Of a DNA stretch of 64,000 nt, positions 1 to 12,110 are shown in pieces; position 1 is the first letter of the stretch, and each line of letters begins with the position of its first letter. The notes under the pieces are model-generated. The model did no database searches, was not told where the DNA came from, and saw only the letters and a program-made list of their open reading frames with translations. The position numbers and the translations under genes are program-made. The stretch is from the NCBI GenBank assembly GCA_013239625.1, contig MU056050.1, forward strand, positions 916,084 to 980,083, in the 5' to 3' direction. Source of the stretch: Lama guanicoe (taxonomy: Eukaryota).

Positions 1-1030
1 GCAGTTTTTATTTAACCACCTCAAAACTGCCCAGCCTGGAATCTTATGCCATTAGACTTTATCTCCTTGATACTTCCATCAGGTAGTCTACAGATCACTT
101 TCTCCTATGCCTTGGTAATTTTAGCTCCTGGCCCACTGTCATTCTTTCCAGTGCTATTCCTATCATATTTTTTGAAGATTTTATTATGAATAAAGGTGAT
201 TCTTCCAACACCATTGGCCTTCACTCTAAATATTTGTCTGCTACCCTACTCTTAGACACTAACTTCCATGGTCATACTCTATACTTTATCATTAACAATT
301 ATTGTAACCTATCAGTTACCCCAGTTTTAGGCGTCCATCCCACTTTCTGAATACTAACTCTCCTCTTTCTAGCTCACTTTCTCTAGTACCCAACTCCAAC
401 AATATTTTAGCCCCATGGGGGCCTACAGTCCATTAATCCTACCACCATTTTATTGTCCCTTAAACCCCTCATGTCTTTACTTCTTATCTAGCTTAAATGC
501 CATGAACAATCATAATATTTTCTTCTTGGCATATATCCTTAATTATCTCATCACTTTCTCATTTTGTTTTGTACTTAATACTTGGCAAAACCACAGCCAA
601 AAATTAAATCTAACTCTCATTCTATTCCATATCAACACTTGTAGAGTGGAATATGGCTGGAAGAGAACACATAACCATATTGACTGATTTCATTTTAAGT
701 TCATGATTAATAATCTCAAGTGAACCCAGCAGTCTTGTTTCCCTAATCTAACATTCAGCTGTTGACCTTGTTTCCTAAACTGTAAATACTTAACCATAAG
801 CTGTTAATAATGCATCTACCTATCTTCTATGCCCACCTACCCTGCCTTCTTTCCTCTTTTGAAAAAAATGTTCTTGATCCTGTCACAGGCCATTCTCTGT
901 ACTGTACACTAAATCCTAACTCCAACTCAAAATACAGCTCCAAATATTCTTCCTTCTCTTTCCTGCATCACTTTTCTTCACCCTACTGGATATTTCTCAT
1001 CTGTATAAATATTCTATCATTTTTTCTAGA
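1..1030 (+). mobile_element. LINE-2 (L2) internal ORF remnant, heavily decayed
   Basis: L2-like motifs such as ccatggtcatactctatactttatcatt and gctggaagagaacacataaccatattgactgatttcattttaagttcatg; C/T-rich sense strand. Confidence 0.7.
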
Positions 1031-1039
1031 CTTAAAAAA

Positions 1040-1705
1040 TTGTCAGGGAAATTACAAAAGAAAAGGACAAAAGCCAGCTAAAAAGTATAGAAGGAATGAT
1101 GGAATTAAAAAAAAAAACACAACAGCACTGTTTTGTAATCCCTAATGTTATAATTGATTGAGGCAAATAACTGCTAAAAATAGTGGGTAAAAGGCTTTGA
1201 GGGCGAAAGATTTGTGGTGTCAAAGTTTTTACCCCACAGATAATTTTAAAATTGTGGAGAGAAAAATATACTTTTATAAGAGAGAAATCTGGTGATCAGT
1301 ATCTTAAGAAAAGGACCAAACTCCCTAACACTAATAGTGAAATAACTAGGAATTTTGTGCCTTGGTGCTTTGATGTGGGCAAAATGACTTAAACAAAATC
1401 ACCTCTCAAATATTTTTGCTCCAAAATGTTCAATTTGACTCTAATCAAGCCTGTAGGTCTTAATGTTACAGGGAACAGAGGTACCAATTAAATAATGATA
1501 CAAGGAAATAGACTAATCCAGAATGTGGGATATTTTATAGGACAATTGGCCTATATTTTTCAAAAAGTCGATGTCGTAAAAAACTGGTGGGAGAATTCGA
1601 TTGAAAGATAAGAGAGGCATAAAACTCAAATGTAGTATTTGAATCTTTATTGGGTCCAAGCTATTCATAATAACAGCTATAAAATATATTTTGGGGCAGT
1701 TGGAT
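1040..1705 (+). mobile_element. Old LINE-1 3' region (L1MC-type)
   Basis: Resembles L1MC4/5 3' UTR, e.g. aatccagaatgtgggatattttataggacaattggcc and aacagctataaaatatattttggggcagttgga. Confidence 0.6.
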
Positions 1706-1994
1706 AGCTGAGCTGGTTTTGTCATCTGAATCCTGAGGGAATTTTCTGGTCCTGATTTTTATTGACGTTCTTTGAAATGTGAAATGCGTAGTATGTAGTT
1801 TTGAGTGATAGTTGCTAATACCTAGAAAACGGGAAAACCCTCATCTGTGTTTTATTTCTACATTTATTATTATTTTCTCAGAGAAAATTTCTGGTTTCCA
1901 GGGTATCTAAATATATCAAAAGAAGAACAATAAAACTGAGAGTTTATTACTGTATTTTTGCTTCCATGTGTCATATGTCCTATTTATCACTATT

Positions 1995-2635
1995 AACAAC
2001 AAATATTTATTGAGCATCTATTATATGCTAGGCAGTGTGTTTCTGCTGATATAGAGCAGTGATCAAAATGTCCGTTGCCCTCCTGAAGCTTAAATATTTG
2101 GAGAAAAGACAGAAAATAAATAAACAAATACGTAATATTGTAGATGGTGGTAAGTGGTAGAAGAACAAAGCAGAGAAGTTGGGTTGGGAGTTCCAGAGGC
2201 TATGGTTTTCATTTTAAAATGGTTGGATAGCCCTTTCCCAAGAAAGTGAATCTGAGTGAAAGAGCTGTAGTTATCTGGGGGAGGATTGTTCAGGCAGAGG
2301 TAACAACTTCAGAAAGGAAACAGTGTGACTGGAATAGAATGAGCAAGAGAAAAAGCATAGTAGATAATGAAGTCAGAGATGTAACAGGGAACTGAACATG
2401 TAGGGGTTTATAGGCCTTTTTAAGGATTTTTTTTTTTCCTTTTAAGTATTTTGATTCTTTCTTGGAATGAGATGGAGAGCTCTGGAGATTATTGAGTGAA
2501 GACGTGACATGATTTGACTTAAATTTTCACAAGAGTATTCTGGCTGTTGTAATAAGAATAGACTAAAAATTGGCAAGCAGTGAGACTAGTTAGGAAGCTA
2601 TTAGAATAATCCAGGAGAAAAATAATGTTGGTTTG
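1995..2635 (-). mobile_element. LINE-2 3' end
   Basis: Reverse-strand L2 tail caacaaatatttattgagcatctattatatgctaggca followed by typical purine-rich L2 antisense sequence. Confidence 0.8.
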
Positions 2636-2641
2636 TCCTCA

Positions 2642-3583
2642 GTAAGGGGAGACAAGCATCTCATTTCCTGATACGGCCTACATCTTACTAAGAAGCACCT
2701 TGCTGAGCTGGAAAAAAGGAACCTGTGGAGAGGCAAAAGGGTGAGAAGACGCGCTTTGTTAGTGAATTATTTCATACTCTCATGGGTTGTTGTGGTAGGG
2801 GTGCATGAATTTTCCATTGGTGAGTTGGTCACTGCAGAAGGTAAGTAGACCTGAGCTGTCTTGCTGATACACCATCCAAGAAGGCTACCCATTAACAGAG
2901 ATGAAGGTTCCTCTCCAACGGGATGGGAGTAGTTGAAGGTACTGAACAAGAGGCAGATGTTTCACACTCCGGAGCTGTACAGTACAGAATGTTCTTTACC
3001 AGTTCCCCCAAATCTCAGACATCCCATTTGATGCCTACTAGAGAATCTGTGGTCAGTCAGCATTAGCCAGAAAAACAGTGACAACTAGCAAAGAGTGGAT
3101 TACAGTTGTGGGCAGTTAACAAAAGACACTTGTCCTTCCTCCACTATTTCCCTACAAGTGCTCCAACCCCAGAGAAGTAAGGCATTGAATAGAGAGAGGA
3201 AGGAGGAATCCCAGAACTAGACTTTTAATCATCTCACCCCATGGTGCTGGATAGGAGAGGGAAGAATAAGTGAAGCGCATTCCTTATTCCCACTTCTCAC
3301 TGTGAGTCCTGATGCAATAAGCCTGGCCAGCCTTGGCGGGTGGGGAGTGGGGGGTGGGGGCTGGAGGTGAGTGACAGGGGCAGGGAAGGGATTAAATTAA
3401 ATCAATTATGACATTAAGAGTTTTAAACTAGTTTGACACGTAATAGCTGAAAGTAACCGAGTATTTCTGAAATGTGCCAGGAGGCAGTAAGGTACCAGAA
3501 AAGCAATTTCTATAGGGTTAAAGATAGCAGTGATTGGAGAAAAATAGAGCCACTCAGTTCAAAAGCTTAGTAAATCAATTACA
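2642..3583 (+). mobile_element. Possible ancient solo LTR (mammalian Gypsy-type, MamGypLTR-like)
   Basis: About 0.94-kb block of higher GC ending gttcaaaagcttagtaaatcaattaca (CA terminus) with a degenerate AATAAA-like site upstream; family resemblance only. Confidence 0.35.
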
Positions 3584-3599
3584 CACAGAGGATTTATTA

Positions 3600-3815
3600 T
3601 ATGTAATTCACTTTAGATGTTATCACATTTAATCTTCATTGGCAACCTAGGTTCACATATACACATACCCCCCTCCCAAAAAAAACCCCAAAACATACTC
3701 ATAGACTTAGAGGGTTTTATTATGTGTTCCATCTCACATGGGTAACAAGTGGCGTAACAAGTATTCCAACCCAGGCAGTATGAGTTTAGAACCCATGCTT
3801 TTAACAATCATACTC
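3600..3815 (-). mobile_element. MIR SINE
   Basis: cacatttaatcttcattggcaaccta ... ccaacccaggcagtatgagtttagaacccatgcttttaacaat matches antisense MIR. Confidence 0.6.
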
Positions 3816-3819
3816 AGTA

Positions 3820-3990
3820 AAGCAGTGGAATGGGAAATAAGGATTCCACTGCTGAGAAGCCATGTGATCCTGGTCTAGTCACTTACCTTTTTTGTTCCGT
3901 AGCTTCTTTATCTTTAGAATATGGAGAATAAAAATTTCCTTACTCCATTGTATACATGTGGGAATAAAATGAGATGATAAATGGAATATA
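3820..3990 (+). mobile_element. MIR SINE
   Basis: gccatgtgatcctggtctagtcacttacc ... aaaatgagatgataaatgg, MIR core and tail. Confidence 0.6.
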
Positions 3991-4949
3991 ATTTTCAAAG
4001 TAAGGCGTTATTATGTTATCAGGTACATATTTGTGGTATTCTATAATAAGGCAGAGGAAGAGCAGGTGTTTCAGGAAATGGGAAGGTTTAATGTTTCTCT
4101 TCTCTTTTTCTCAACCCCACCCGTACCACCCTCACTCTCACTCTTGGAAGATGAGGTAAGAAATCCTTTGCTTTACTTGTAGATTTATGTCAGCCAATTG
4201 AAGACAGTAAATGACATAGAGTAAGAGTGCTGGGGTGCTTTGTGAATCTAACGACATTCCTATTCCCTTTGAGATTTCCTTAAGAGTGGCTGTCTTTGAG
4301 CTCTCAATTTTTAATAGGTCCCAAGCTTCTCATTCTCCTTGTGTGCAGCTAATTGGGTCATACGTTGTCCACACTTATTGACAATTAGTGATCTGTTCGC
4401 CCTCAGTACTGGGCTGCTAGGTGTTTACAAGTGATTGCGTTAATTGAGCCAACTCATCAACTAAGGATGAGGAAGAAAGATTTCTTATATGCACTTGCTT
4501 TTTCGCTTCTATTTTTAGTCTGATGGAATAATCTTCAATATGTTCCAGGTCCTCTCAGTTAGCAGGCTGAAGCAGAATACAGTCTCTGTGATAAAGGCAA
4601 TTGAAAACTGTAGTGGAACTGTTGGAATTTCACTTAACTGAGCCAGTTCTTCTCTGAGAATGCTCAGTTAGTTTTGCTTTGTTGCTCAGCGGGACGCTGC
4701 AGCCCTCATTAGCACTAGTCATATTCCTTGTAAACATGGCTCACTTGTCATCAGGGGCTACTGAATAAAAGAGTATGGCTACCTCTGTGCAAATCCATCC
4801 TTCTTTGTGAAATAACTGACGGCATGTTCTAGTATTGGTAGGCCAGGATATCATTATTGTCTATAAAAGGACAGAAAATTCTGACAAAATGCTCAGTATG
4901 GGATTAACAATTTTTAATATCTTTAACGAATTAACCACAGTTTTTAAAC

Positions 4950-6550
4950 TTTCATACCCTTGTTTTTCATATTGATTTCCTCCCCCTTTTGTACGTAGTT
5001 TTCTCCTTTAGTTTGATTTTAGTTAAATTCTAGTTTTCTACAACATTTACTTTTTCTTTGTAAGAGTACTTATATTTGGTATAAACTATGGTTGCCTGGT
5101 TTTGGAATTCATGTACTCATAATCATTACTTTTCGTTTCCATTCTAGGATCATTTTCTTTCTTAATGGATTATATTCTGTGAAATTTTTATTAGTAAATA
5201 TCTGTTGGTCATGAACCCTTTCAGTTTTGCTTATCTGAAAATCTTTACTGGCATGAAGATTATTTTCTGGATATACAGCTCTAGGCTAACAGTTATTTTA
5301 CCTCAACACTTTTAAGATATTATGGCACCATTTTCTAGCTTTTATTATTACTGTTGTATACTCTACTATCCATCTGCTTTTTAATTTTTTGTGTGTGTAC
5401 ATTTTGTCTTTTCTCTCTGGTGGCTTTTTAAAAATTGTCTTTGCTATTCTGCAGTTTTGCTGTGATAAATTATAGCGTAGATTTCATCTTCCTTGAAATT
5501 TATTGTGCTTTCTGCATCTGAAGATTTATTTATATAACAATTTTGGAATATTCACAACTCTTGTCTCTTTGAATATTGCCTCTCCCTTACTCTTTTTTCT
5601 TTCTGCAATGCAGTAGATGTATATTAGATGTCTCTATCTTCCATGTTTCTTAACTTTTCATACTTTTGACCTTTTGTTTCAGCTACATTCTGTGCTACTA
5701 TTTTAGCTATTTTATAGTTTATTAATTTTATCTTCAAGTATACTCGTTCTATTTTTATACTGTTGATTGCTTGATTTTTTGCAATTTTAAATGTATATTA
5801 TTTCTAGATGTTCTATTTGGTTCTTTCTGGTCATTAAAAAAAAGTCTCTTGTTCCTTATTAATTCTTTTGATACCCTCTTAAAAATTAAACTTACTTATT
5901 TTGTATTATGCATCTGATGAGCTCATTTTTGAAATCTTTTTCAGTACGGTTTTGCAATGTTTGTGCATGTGTGCATGCACACACGTGCTGGCTTTTGATC
6001 CTAGTGTTTTGCTTTCTTGTGTTTGTATGATTGTTAAATGGACCGATATTTGGGGGAATTTGCTGATACCTGTGATCAGAGTGCTTTCCTCCAGAGAGGA
6101 CTTTGATTTGCTTTATCAAACACTTGCATTTTCTATTAACCCAGAACAATTAAAAATAAATAATCAAGTTGGGTTTTTTTTAAGGCAAGAGATAGTGGAA
6201 ATTCAGACTACACTTCCATGTGAGATCTTTGTTGTTGTTAGATTCTTAGGGAAGATGGTTTTCTATATCTGCCCTGCATCAAGGTTGAGACTGGAAGGTA
6301 TCCAGCCTGTCTGCCCCTGTGGGATGAGCTTTTCTCTAATAACCTTTCTTTGCAGAGGATGCAATCTTTTGCAGTCCTAGCTTTGTTCGAGAGTCACTTA
6401 TCAGACTTCTGCTTTGAGCTCCCTAATTGTCTTTCGTGCTCTTTGCCATGCACAGCGATGAAAACAGAGGTTCAAGATCAACAGGAGTCAGCATATGCCT
6501 TCACAGTAGCTGCACTTCCTTTCTCTTATTTACCTCTTTAGTAAGGCCTG
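4950..6550 (-). mobile_element. Ancient L1M/HAL1-type ORF1 and 5' region, decayed
   Basis: T-rich antisense ORF1 motifs: tcagttttgcttatctgaaaatc, ctggatatacagctctaggctaacag, tctctttgaatattgcctctccc. Confidence 0.6.
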
Positions 6551-6569
6551 TGAAGATTTCTTTACTTTC

Positions 6570-6922
6570 TCCAAGGCATATCATAATTAAAATGGCAAAA
6601 ATTAAAGAGAAGATACTAAAGACTGCAATTGAAAACAATTAGTTATAAGGGAAGTGTCGTAAGGCTATCAGCGATTTCTCTACAGAAACATTGCTGGCCA
6701 GAAGGGAGTGGCAAGATTTTTCAAAGTCCTGTAAAGGAAAAAACCTGGAACCATGGATACTCTACCTAGCAAGATTATCATTTAGAATAGAAGGCGAGAT
6801 GAAGAGTTTCTCAGACAAGCAACCACTAAAAGAATACAGTAGTACTAAACCTATCCTAAAGGAAATATTGAAAGATCTCTAAATAGGAAAGAAGCTAGAA
6901 TGTATAGAAAAGAGAAAATCTT
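6570..6922 (+). mobile_element. Isolated LINE-1 ORF1 C-terminal fragment plus start of the inter-ORF spacer
   Basis: Translates to PRHIIIKMAKIKEKILKTA and LARREWQDF...ILYLARLSFRIEGEMKSFSDKQPLKEYSSTKPILKEILKDL, closely similar to the ORF1 at 37808-38242. Confidence 0.9.
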
Positions 6923-7099
6923 AGTTAATCTATCATCTTTATTATTTACTATTAGGGTTAATAATCTTTATATAGTCAAATCTTGCATCATTTCCATTAT
7001 AGTTTGTGGCTTTTAGGTCATGCTTAGAACTATGTTACATTATATTAATATGTATTTTAGATCATATTACGTATCTTAAAATATTTAAAAATGAAAACA

Positions 7100-7640
7100 T
7101 TCTGTAAAAATTTTAATAAGTGTTTTTATACTTAATATATTGTGAACACTTTCCATTATTTTTAATATTATTCACCAATATTTTTACTGGTTGTATAAAA
7201 TAATTTTGCACAAATGCATCATAGTGTTTTAGACTAATCCTCAGTTTTTGATAGTTAGGTTGTTTCTAAGTTTTGGTTTTTAGAGAATACTGTAAGGAAC
7301 CTTCACATAGCTTGATCTTTGAACACGTCAAAAATAATTTCCTTAGGAGAACCTCTATAAAATATGGATATATCAAACAATATGTACTTGAAATTTTGAT
7401 ATCTATTGTCACATTACTCTCAGGAAAGACTGTACTGTTTATATATGCTCCACAAATGTCTAGGATGGCCTATTATCTCATACATTCAAAAACACTGGAA
7501 ATTTGAATAATATAAAAATACTTCAGTCATTTGTCAAGTACAAGATTGTACTTTATTCTTAAAATTTGTCCTTCATATGATCTCATGAGGTAAGGTATTT
7601 GAAAATCTTCACCAATCTTTTGTATTTTTAAAATCCCTGT
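7100..7640 (-). mobile_element. Old L1ME-type 3' fragment
   Basis: Degenerate antisense L1 3' motifs (ttaggttgtttctaagttttgg, ttccttaggagaacctcta). Confidence 0.55.
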
Positions 7641-7769
7641 TTCATTCCTGGTAAATGGCTTATTTTATTTATTACTTAGTCTTAAATGGCAGTGCTTATA
7701 ATTAATGAAGAGACTAAAAGGTTAGAAGAAGCTGTGGAGCTGAATAATCCATAAACTAGGTTCCTGAAT

Positions 7770-8080
7770 TTATGTATTTATTCAGTACATATTTATTGAG
7801 TACTTTCTAATTAGCCGGTACTTTTCTAGGTGTTGAGGAAGACAAAATTTTTGTCCCCTCAGAAAATATAGATCTTTTAATAATAAGTACTAAGAAAGAA
7901 AATAAAGCAACTTAGAAGATAAAGAGTGATGAATACCTTAGCTATTTTAGTTAGTGTGGTCACAGCGCATCCTTATATGAAAGTGACATCTAAGCAGACT
8001 TGAGTGACTTTAGGAAGCAAAGCATGTGACTGTCTAGGGGAAGAGTATTCCAGGCAGAGAAAACAAGTGCAAAAGTCCAC
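7770..8080 (-). mobile_element. LINE-2 3' end
   Basis: tttattcagtacatatttattgagtactttcta ... gaagagtattccaggcagagaaaacaagtgcaaaagtcc. Confidence 0.7.
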
Positions 8081-9149
8081 TGTGTTTTAAAGATTATTAA
8101 AATCAATTTGCTTTAGTTGTTCATAGAGGTATAGCCATTTTCCTCCTTGAATCCTTCTCTGTAGCTTTTCTTTCTAGTCAGCTTAGTTTTAAGCTAATAG
8201 ATAGAGATGAAAATCAGCCGACTCTTCCTAACCAAACTTGGATGATTATTTGAATTTTAAGAAAATACATAAGGAAATGACTGTTTTAAGTTAAATTTAG
8301 TATAATGATGATAGTTTTACGTACTTCAGTTTGAGTACCACATAATTACTGGGAAATGGTCTCTGTAAAAGTGCTGAGTGATCAAAAGTAGCTTATTGCT
8401 TTATAAACTTACAAGTGATGGAAGTTATTTCTTTTAATAAAAAAAGAAAAATGGAGGATGTATAATGGGCTGTAAAAAGAGGTTAATAAGAGCTAGGGTA
8501 CAATTGCAATTTATTCTTCAGAATTGATGGTAATAAATTTATTTTCAAGAAAATGGCTGACAAGTGGGGCATATGGCAGGACAATAACGGAAGCACACTG
8601 ATTTTAGAGAAGATTTTATAGAAAATATCATCACTTGAATGAGTCAGACAGTGTACTATGGTGTTAATTTCACATTGATGGCAGATGGCAGTGAGCTTCC
8701 ATATAAAGTGCAGTCTTCAGTTTGAATTTCAGGGTGTTAACTGGCTGCCCTTTTCCCATCTGATTCTGTTCACAAAGAAATCTATGCTCAATATTTGTAC
8801 CAGTCAATTATTTTGTAAGTTTTGGTCCTTGTGTTCTTACCCTGTTTTTTTCTTTCCTTTAACCTGTGTGATTTTTAAATATTTTAGCTTTCTGCACAGT
8901 TTTTTCTTCATCAAGTTTAAAAACTCCTTAAGGGACAGGAACACATATATTCAGATCAACAACTATAGCAATGTTTTGTTATGCCCTCTAAAGTATGTGA
9001 TATAAAGCTGTTAACTTAACAGATAATACTCCTGCTAACCAAATGAAAGAATGAATAGTTAGTGGGAAACTCAGAAATTTTTCTTGGAGACCACTAATAA
9101 TTGAACAGTGATACATGTTGGTAAGCATTTTGAGGAGTCATTATTGAAA

Positions 9150-9290
9150 AATGGGAAAAAAGCACAGATTTTAGAGCCAGTGATTTTAGTTTAAATACAA
9201 TCACTATTATTTGATAGCTTTATAACTGAACCAGTATACTCAATTAGGATTCATTTCTCTTCAGTGAGAGATACTAACTTCAAAAATAGT
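9150..9290 (+). mobile_element. MIR SINE (5' part)
   Basis: ggaaaaaagcacagattttagagccag, MIR head. Confidence 0.5.
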
Positions 9291-9309
9291 TGAGCTTTAT
9301 TGCCTTATA

Positions 9310-9800
9310 TATGTGAAAAATCCAGTGGTAGGGTTGGCTTCAGGTATAGTCTGATCTGGGAGTTGAAATGCATAAATCCAGATTATCTCTGTTTCTCCCT
9401 CCAGGCTTCCAAACCTCCACCCAGATCTAGTGACTGTGCCTTTTTTGGATGACTATTCTCCAACTGACATTCTCCATGAATTTGCTGGTTCTAACCCTCT
9501 AGGTTTATAATGTGAGTTAGCAATTCCAGTGGAAGAAGTTCTCATTGCCAAAAGTTCCATAAAATGTCATTAATTCTCATTGGGTCAAATGCCCAACCCT
9601 GAATCAGTATCTGAGATTAGAGAGATGGAATATGCCAATTAGCCAAGCCTGGTCACATGATCTTCCCTGAAGCTGAGGGTGCAGTAGTATCAGTTTACCA
9701 GAAATGAATGGTTAGAGTGGAGAAATAATGGAGAGCAATAGAAATCCTATTGTCAAAAGAAGAATGGATCCAGATCAGGCAGAAACGGCAGATGTCAATT
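9310..9800 (-). mobile_element. MaLR LTR (MLT1K/L-like)
   Basis: ggcttcaggtatagtctgatctggg, ctcattgggtcaaatgcccaaccctgaatca, ccaagcctggtcacatg and terminal ggcagaaacggcagatgtc match antisense MLT1. Confidence 0.7.
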
Positions 9801-11119
9801 TTAATAGATTTCTTAACATATAACTTATAGCAGGTGCTCAAATGTTTTATTAATGACTGAATCTTTGGGAACCTTGTTTTTTTAAAAAAAATCTATGATA
9901 AACTATCTATGCTAATCTATTATCATTCTTCTGACTTTGAAAGGGTGTAAGGATTAAACAGAATGATGTCTAAAATGCTAAGCACAGTTTCTTACATATT
10001 ATTCTTAGTATTATATGATTTTTACATCAGTTTGAATTTACAAGAATGGTCATTAAGCAAACTATCAAGCTCTGATGGCTAATTATTTTTACATTTAAAA
10101 TCTTACATAAAATAATGCAATTTTAAGAGGTAGGTTATTCTTCCTCAGTTGATTCAAACTTGCTCAAATAGACCAACTTCTTTGATTCATGAATGTAACA
10201 TATAATTTTAAATTCCATGTATTCTTCACAGAAGGACTTATTTTTCAGAGGCACACCTGTGTATCCTTCTTCCAATATCCTTCACTTATTTTTTTTAAAA
10301 GTTATTAAAAGAACACTGCTTATAGACTGCTACCAAAGGCTTCAGCAGATGTTCCTGATGCTATATTTCATAATTGTGATGTTGCACTGAATGTTCACAT
10401 AACTTGTCAAGGAAATATGCCCATGCTGATGACCTTGTTTCAGTGCTCATTCCTAAGCATTTTACATCAAAAGATCTCCTTGAAATAAATGTGGCCTGCT
10501 ATTATGTACATAATTTAAACATGTTCATTGTTTCACCCTTTGGATCGAGATATATATATATAAAATACATGCTGTCTTCTGTGAATTACATTTATTGAGT
10601 ATGTCATCTATTTATTTCTTATGTAGCAAATGAGTGAAAATGCCATTCTTAATTTTTTTTTTAATAAGGTATGAGCTTGGAGTTGTTACTCCATGCTTGA
10701 GATAGGCTTTGCCAATCTGTTTTTCACACTCTCTCCCAGTATTCCTTTTAACTAGGGAAATATATTTGTGAGATGGATGATAGAATTAAAATCTAGATTG
10801 TGGTCATGTAAGAAATTGAAGAATAATATGCCTAAAGAAGATTTGAACTTTTAAACATGAATTCATTTGCACTGTTCTATAACCAGCTAGCCTAACCACA
10901 GACTTTGGATGCTATAGATCCTCTTACATATCCTTTTGCTGTCACGAGTGAAAATGAATGAGTTCTACAAAGAAAGGCAAAGAGCAAGTTTACTTTACAT
11001 GCTAATGGGACTGAGAGTAGTAGTTGGCTCAACTAAAAGTTATGCTACTTTCATTTATGGCAGTTAATCACAGTCTAATACTTTCCACATTTTAATCATT
11101 TAATTTTTTTCTTTCTGTT

Positions 11120-11245
11120 ACCCTCACTAGAATTCCAGCTCCATGAAATCACAGTTTTGTCTGTGTAACTCACAACTGATTCCTCGACTCCTGAAATAGC
11201 GCCTGACACATAATAGGTGCTCAATGAATATTTTCTGAATGAATT
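11120..11245 (+). mobile_element. LINE-2 3' terminus
   Basis: ctagaattccagctccatgaa ... gcctgacacataataggtgctcaatgaatattttctgaatgaat. Confidence 0.75.
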
Positions 11246-11589
11246 CTAATTGACGATTATGTGCCAATACTCATATTGGAGAGAGGACCTCCTTAGAGAG
11301 ATGAGAAAGTAGGGCTGAGTTGGACAGATACTTGGAATATAGGTCCATGCCAGACATTAAAATACACAGGTTATCTTCAAAGAGACTGTAGACAAAGGCA
11401 CAAGATTGAAAGTGTGTTTCTATAACCCTCACATAGATGTTTGACTAATACTTATGGAATAGAGATGTTACCATTGACTTCCATCTCCTTGAAATGTCAC
11501 CTTTTTCCTGCTTTGGGAAATATCTTTTCAACTCTCATCCTCTCAAAAATACACAGTGAAGTTTCCAGAGAGTTGTCAGCTAATAGAAA

Positions 11590-11761
11590 GTGTGCTTATG
11601 TATTCAAGTATTCTAGTGTTTATTAAATTTATTAATTATAATTTTAATACTATAAATATTGATAGATGTAGGCTGTGTTAAAAAAAAAAAAGCTCTTTTG
11701 GGTCTTCAGTAATTCTAAGAGTATAAGGGGTTTCTAAGACCATAAAGTTTGAGAACTGCTG
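11590..11761 (+). mobile_element. hAT-Charlie1-like DNA transposon end
   Basis: aaaagctcttttgggtcttcagtaattctaagagtataagggg...aaagtttgagaactgctg, Charlie1-type terminus. Confidence 0.65.
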
Positions 11762-11764
11762 CCA

Positions 11765-12095
11765 TGCTGCCATATGACTTGTAATCCTTCTACTTCTCAA
11801 TCCCCTTCTGTTCCTCCCCTCCTTAGTCTATACTTTCCAGTTTTACTAAAATATTAGAAACTCTCTAAGCTTGCCTCAATTTATATTGCCCCAGTTGCCT
11901 GTATACAATGTTTTTCTTCTGCTTAAATGTCCTTCTTTCCCTTCTTTACTTGGAGAGCTTATAATCATCCTTAAAAGTTCCATTCAAACATTAGCTCCTC
12001 TATGAAGCTCTGTAGGAATTACCCTGACAGATACAGGTACCCTATCCATTATGGTGATATAACACCATTTACATTCATCAATTACAGCATGTGTA
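11765..12095 (+). mobile_element. LINE-2 fragment interrupted by the following L1; appears to resume at about 16360-16470
   Basis: L2 motifs tcttctgcttaaatgtccttc and atcatccttaaaagttccattcaaacattagctcctctatgaagc. Confidence 0.55.
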
Positions 12096-12110
12096 GTGAA
12101 AGTGACTTTT

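Noticed and set aside
5901..6380. 159-aa ORF, the longest in the track
   Set aside because: Non-ATG start, lies in antisense ancient L1 debris, and has no recognisable domain.
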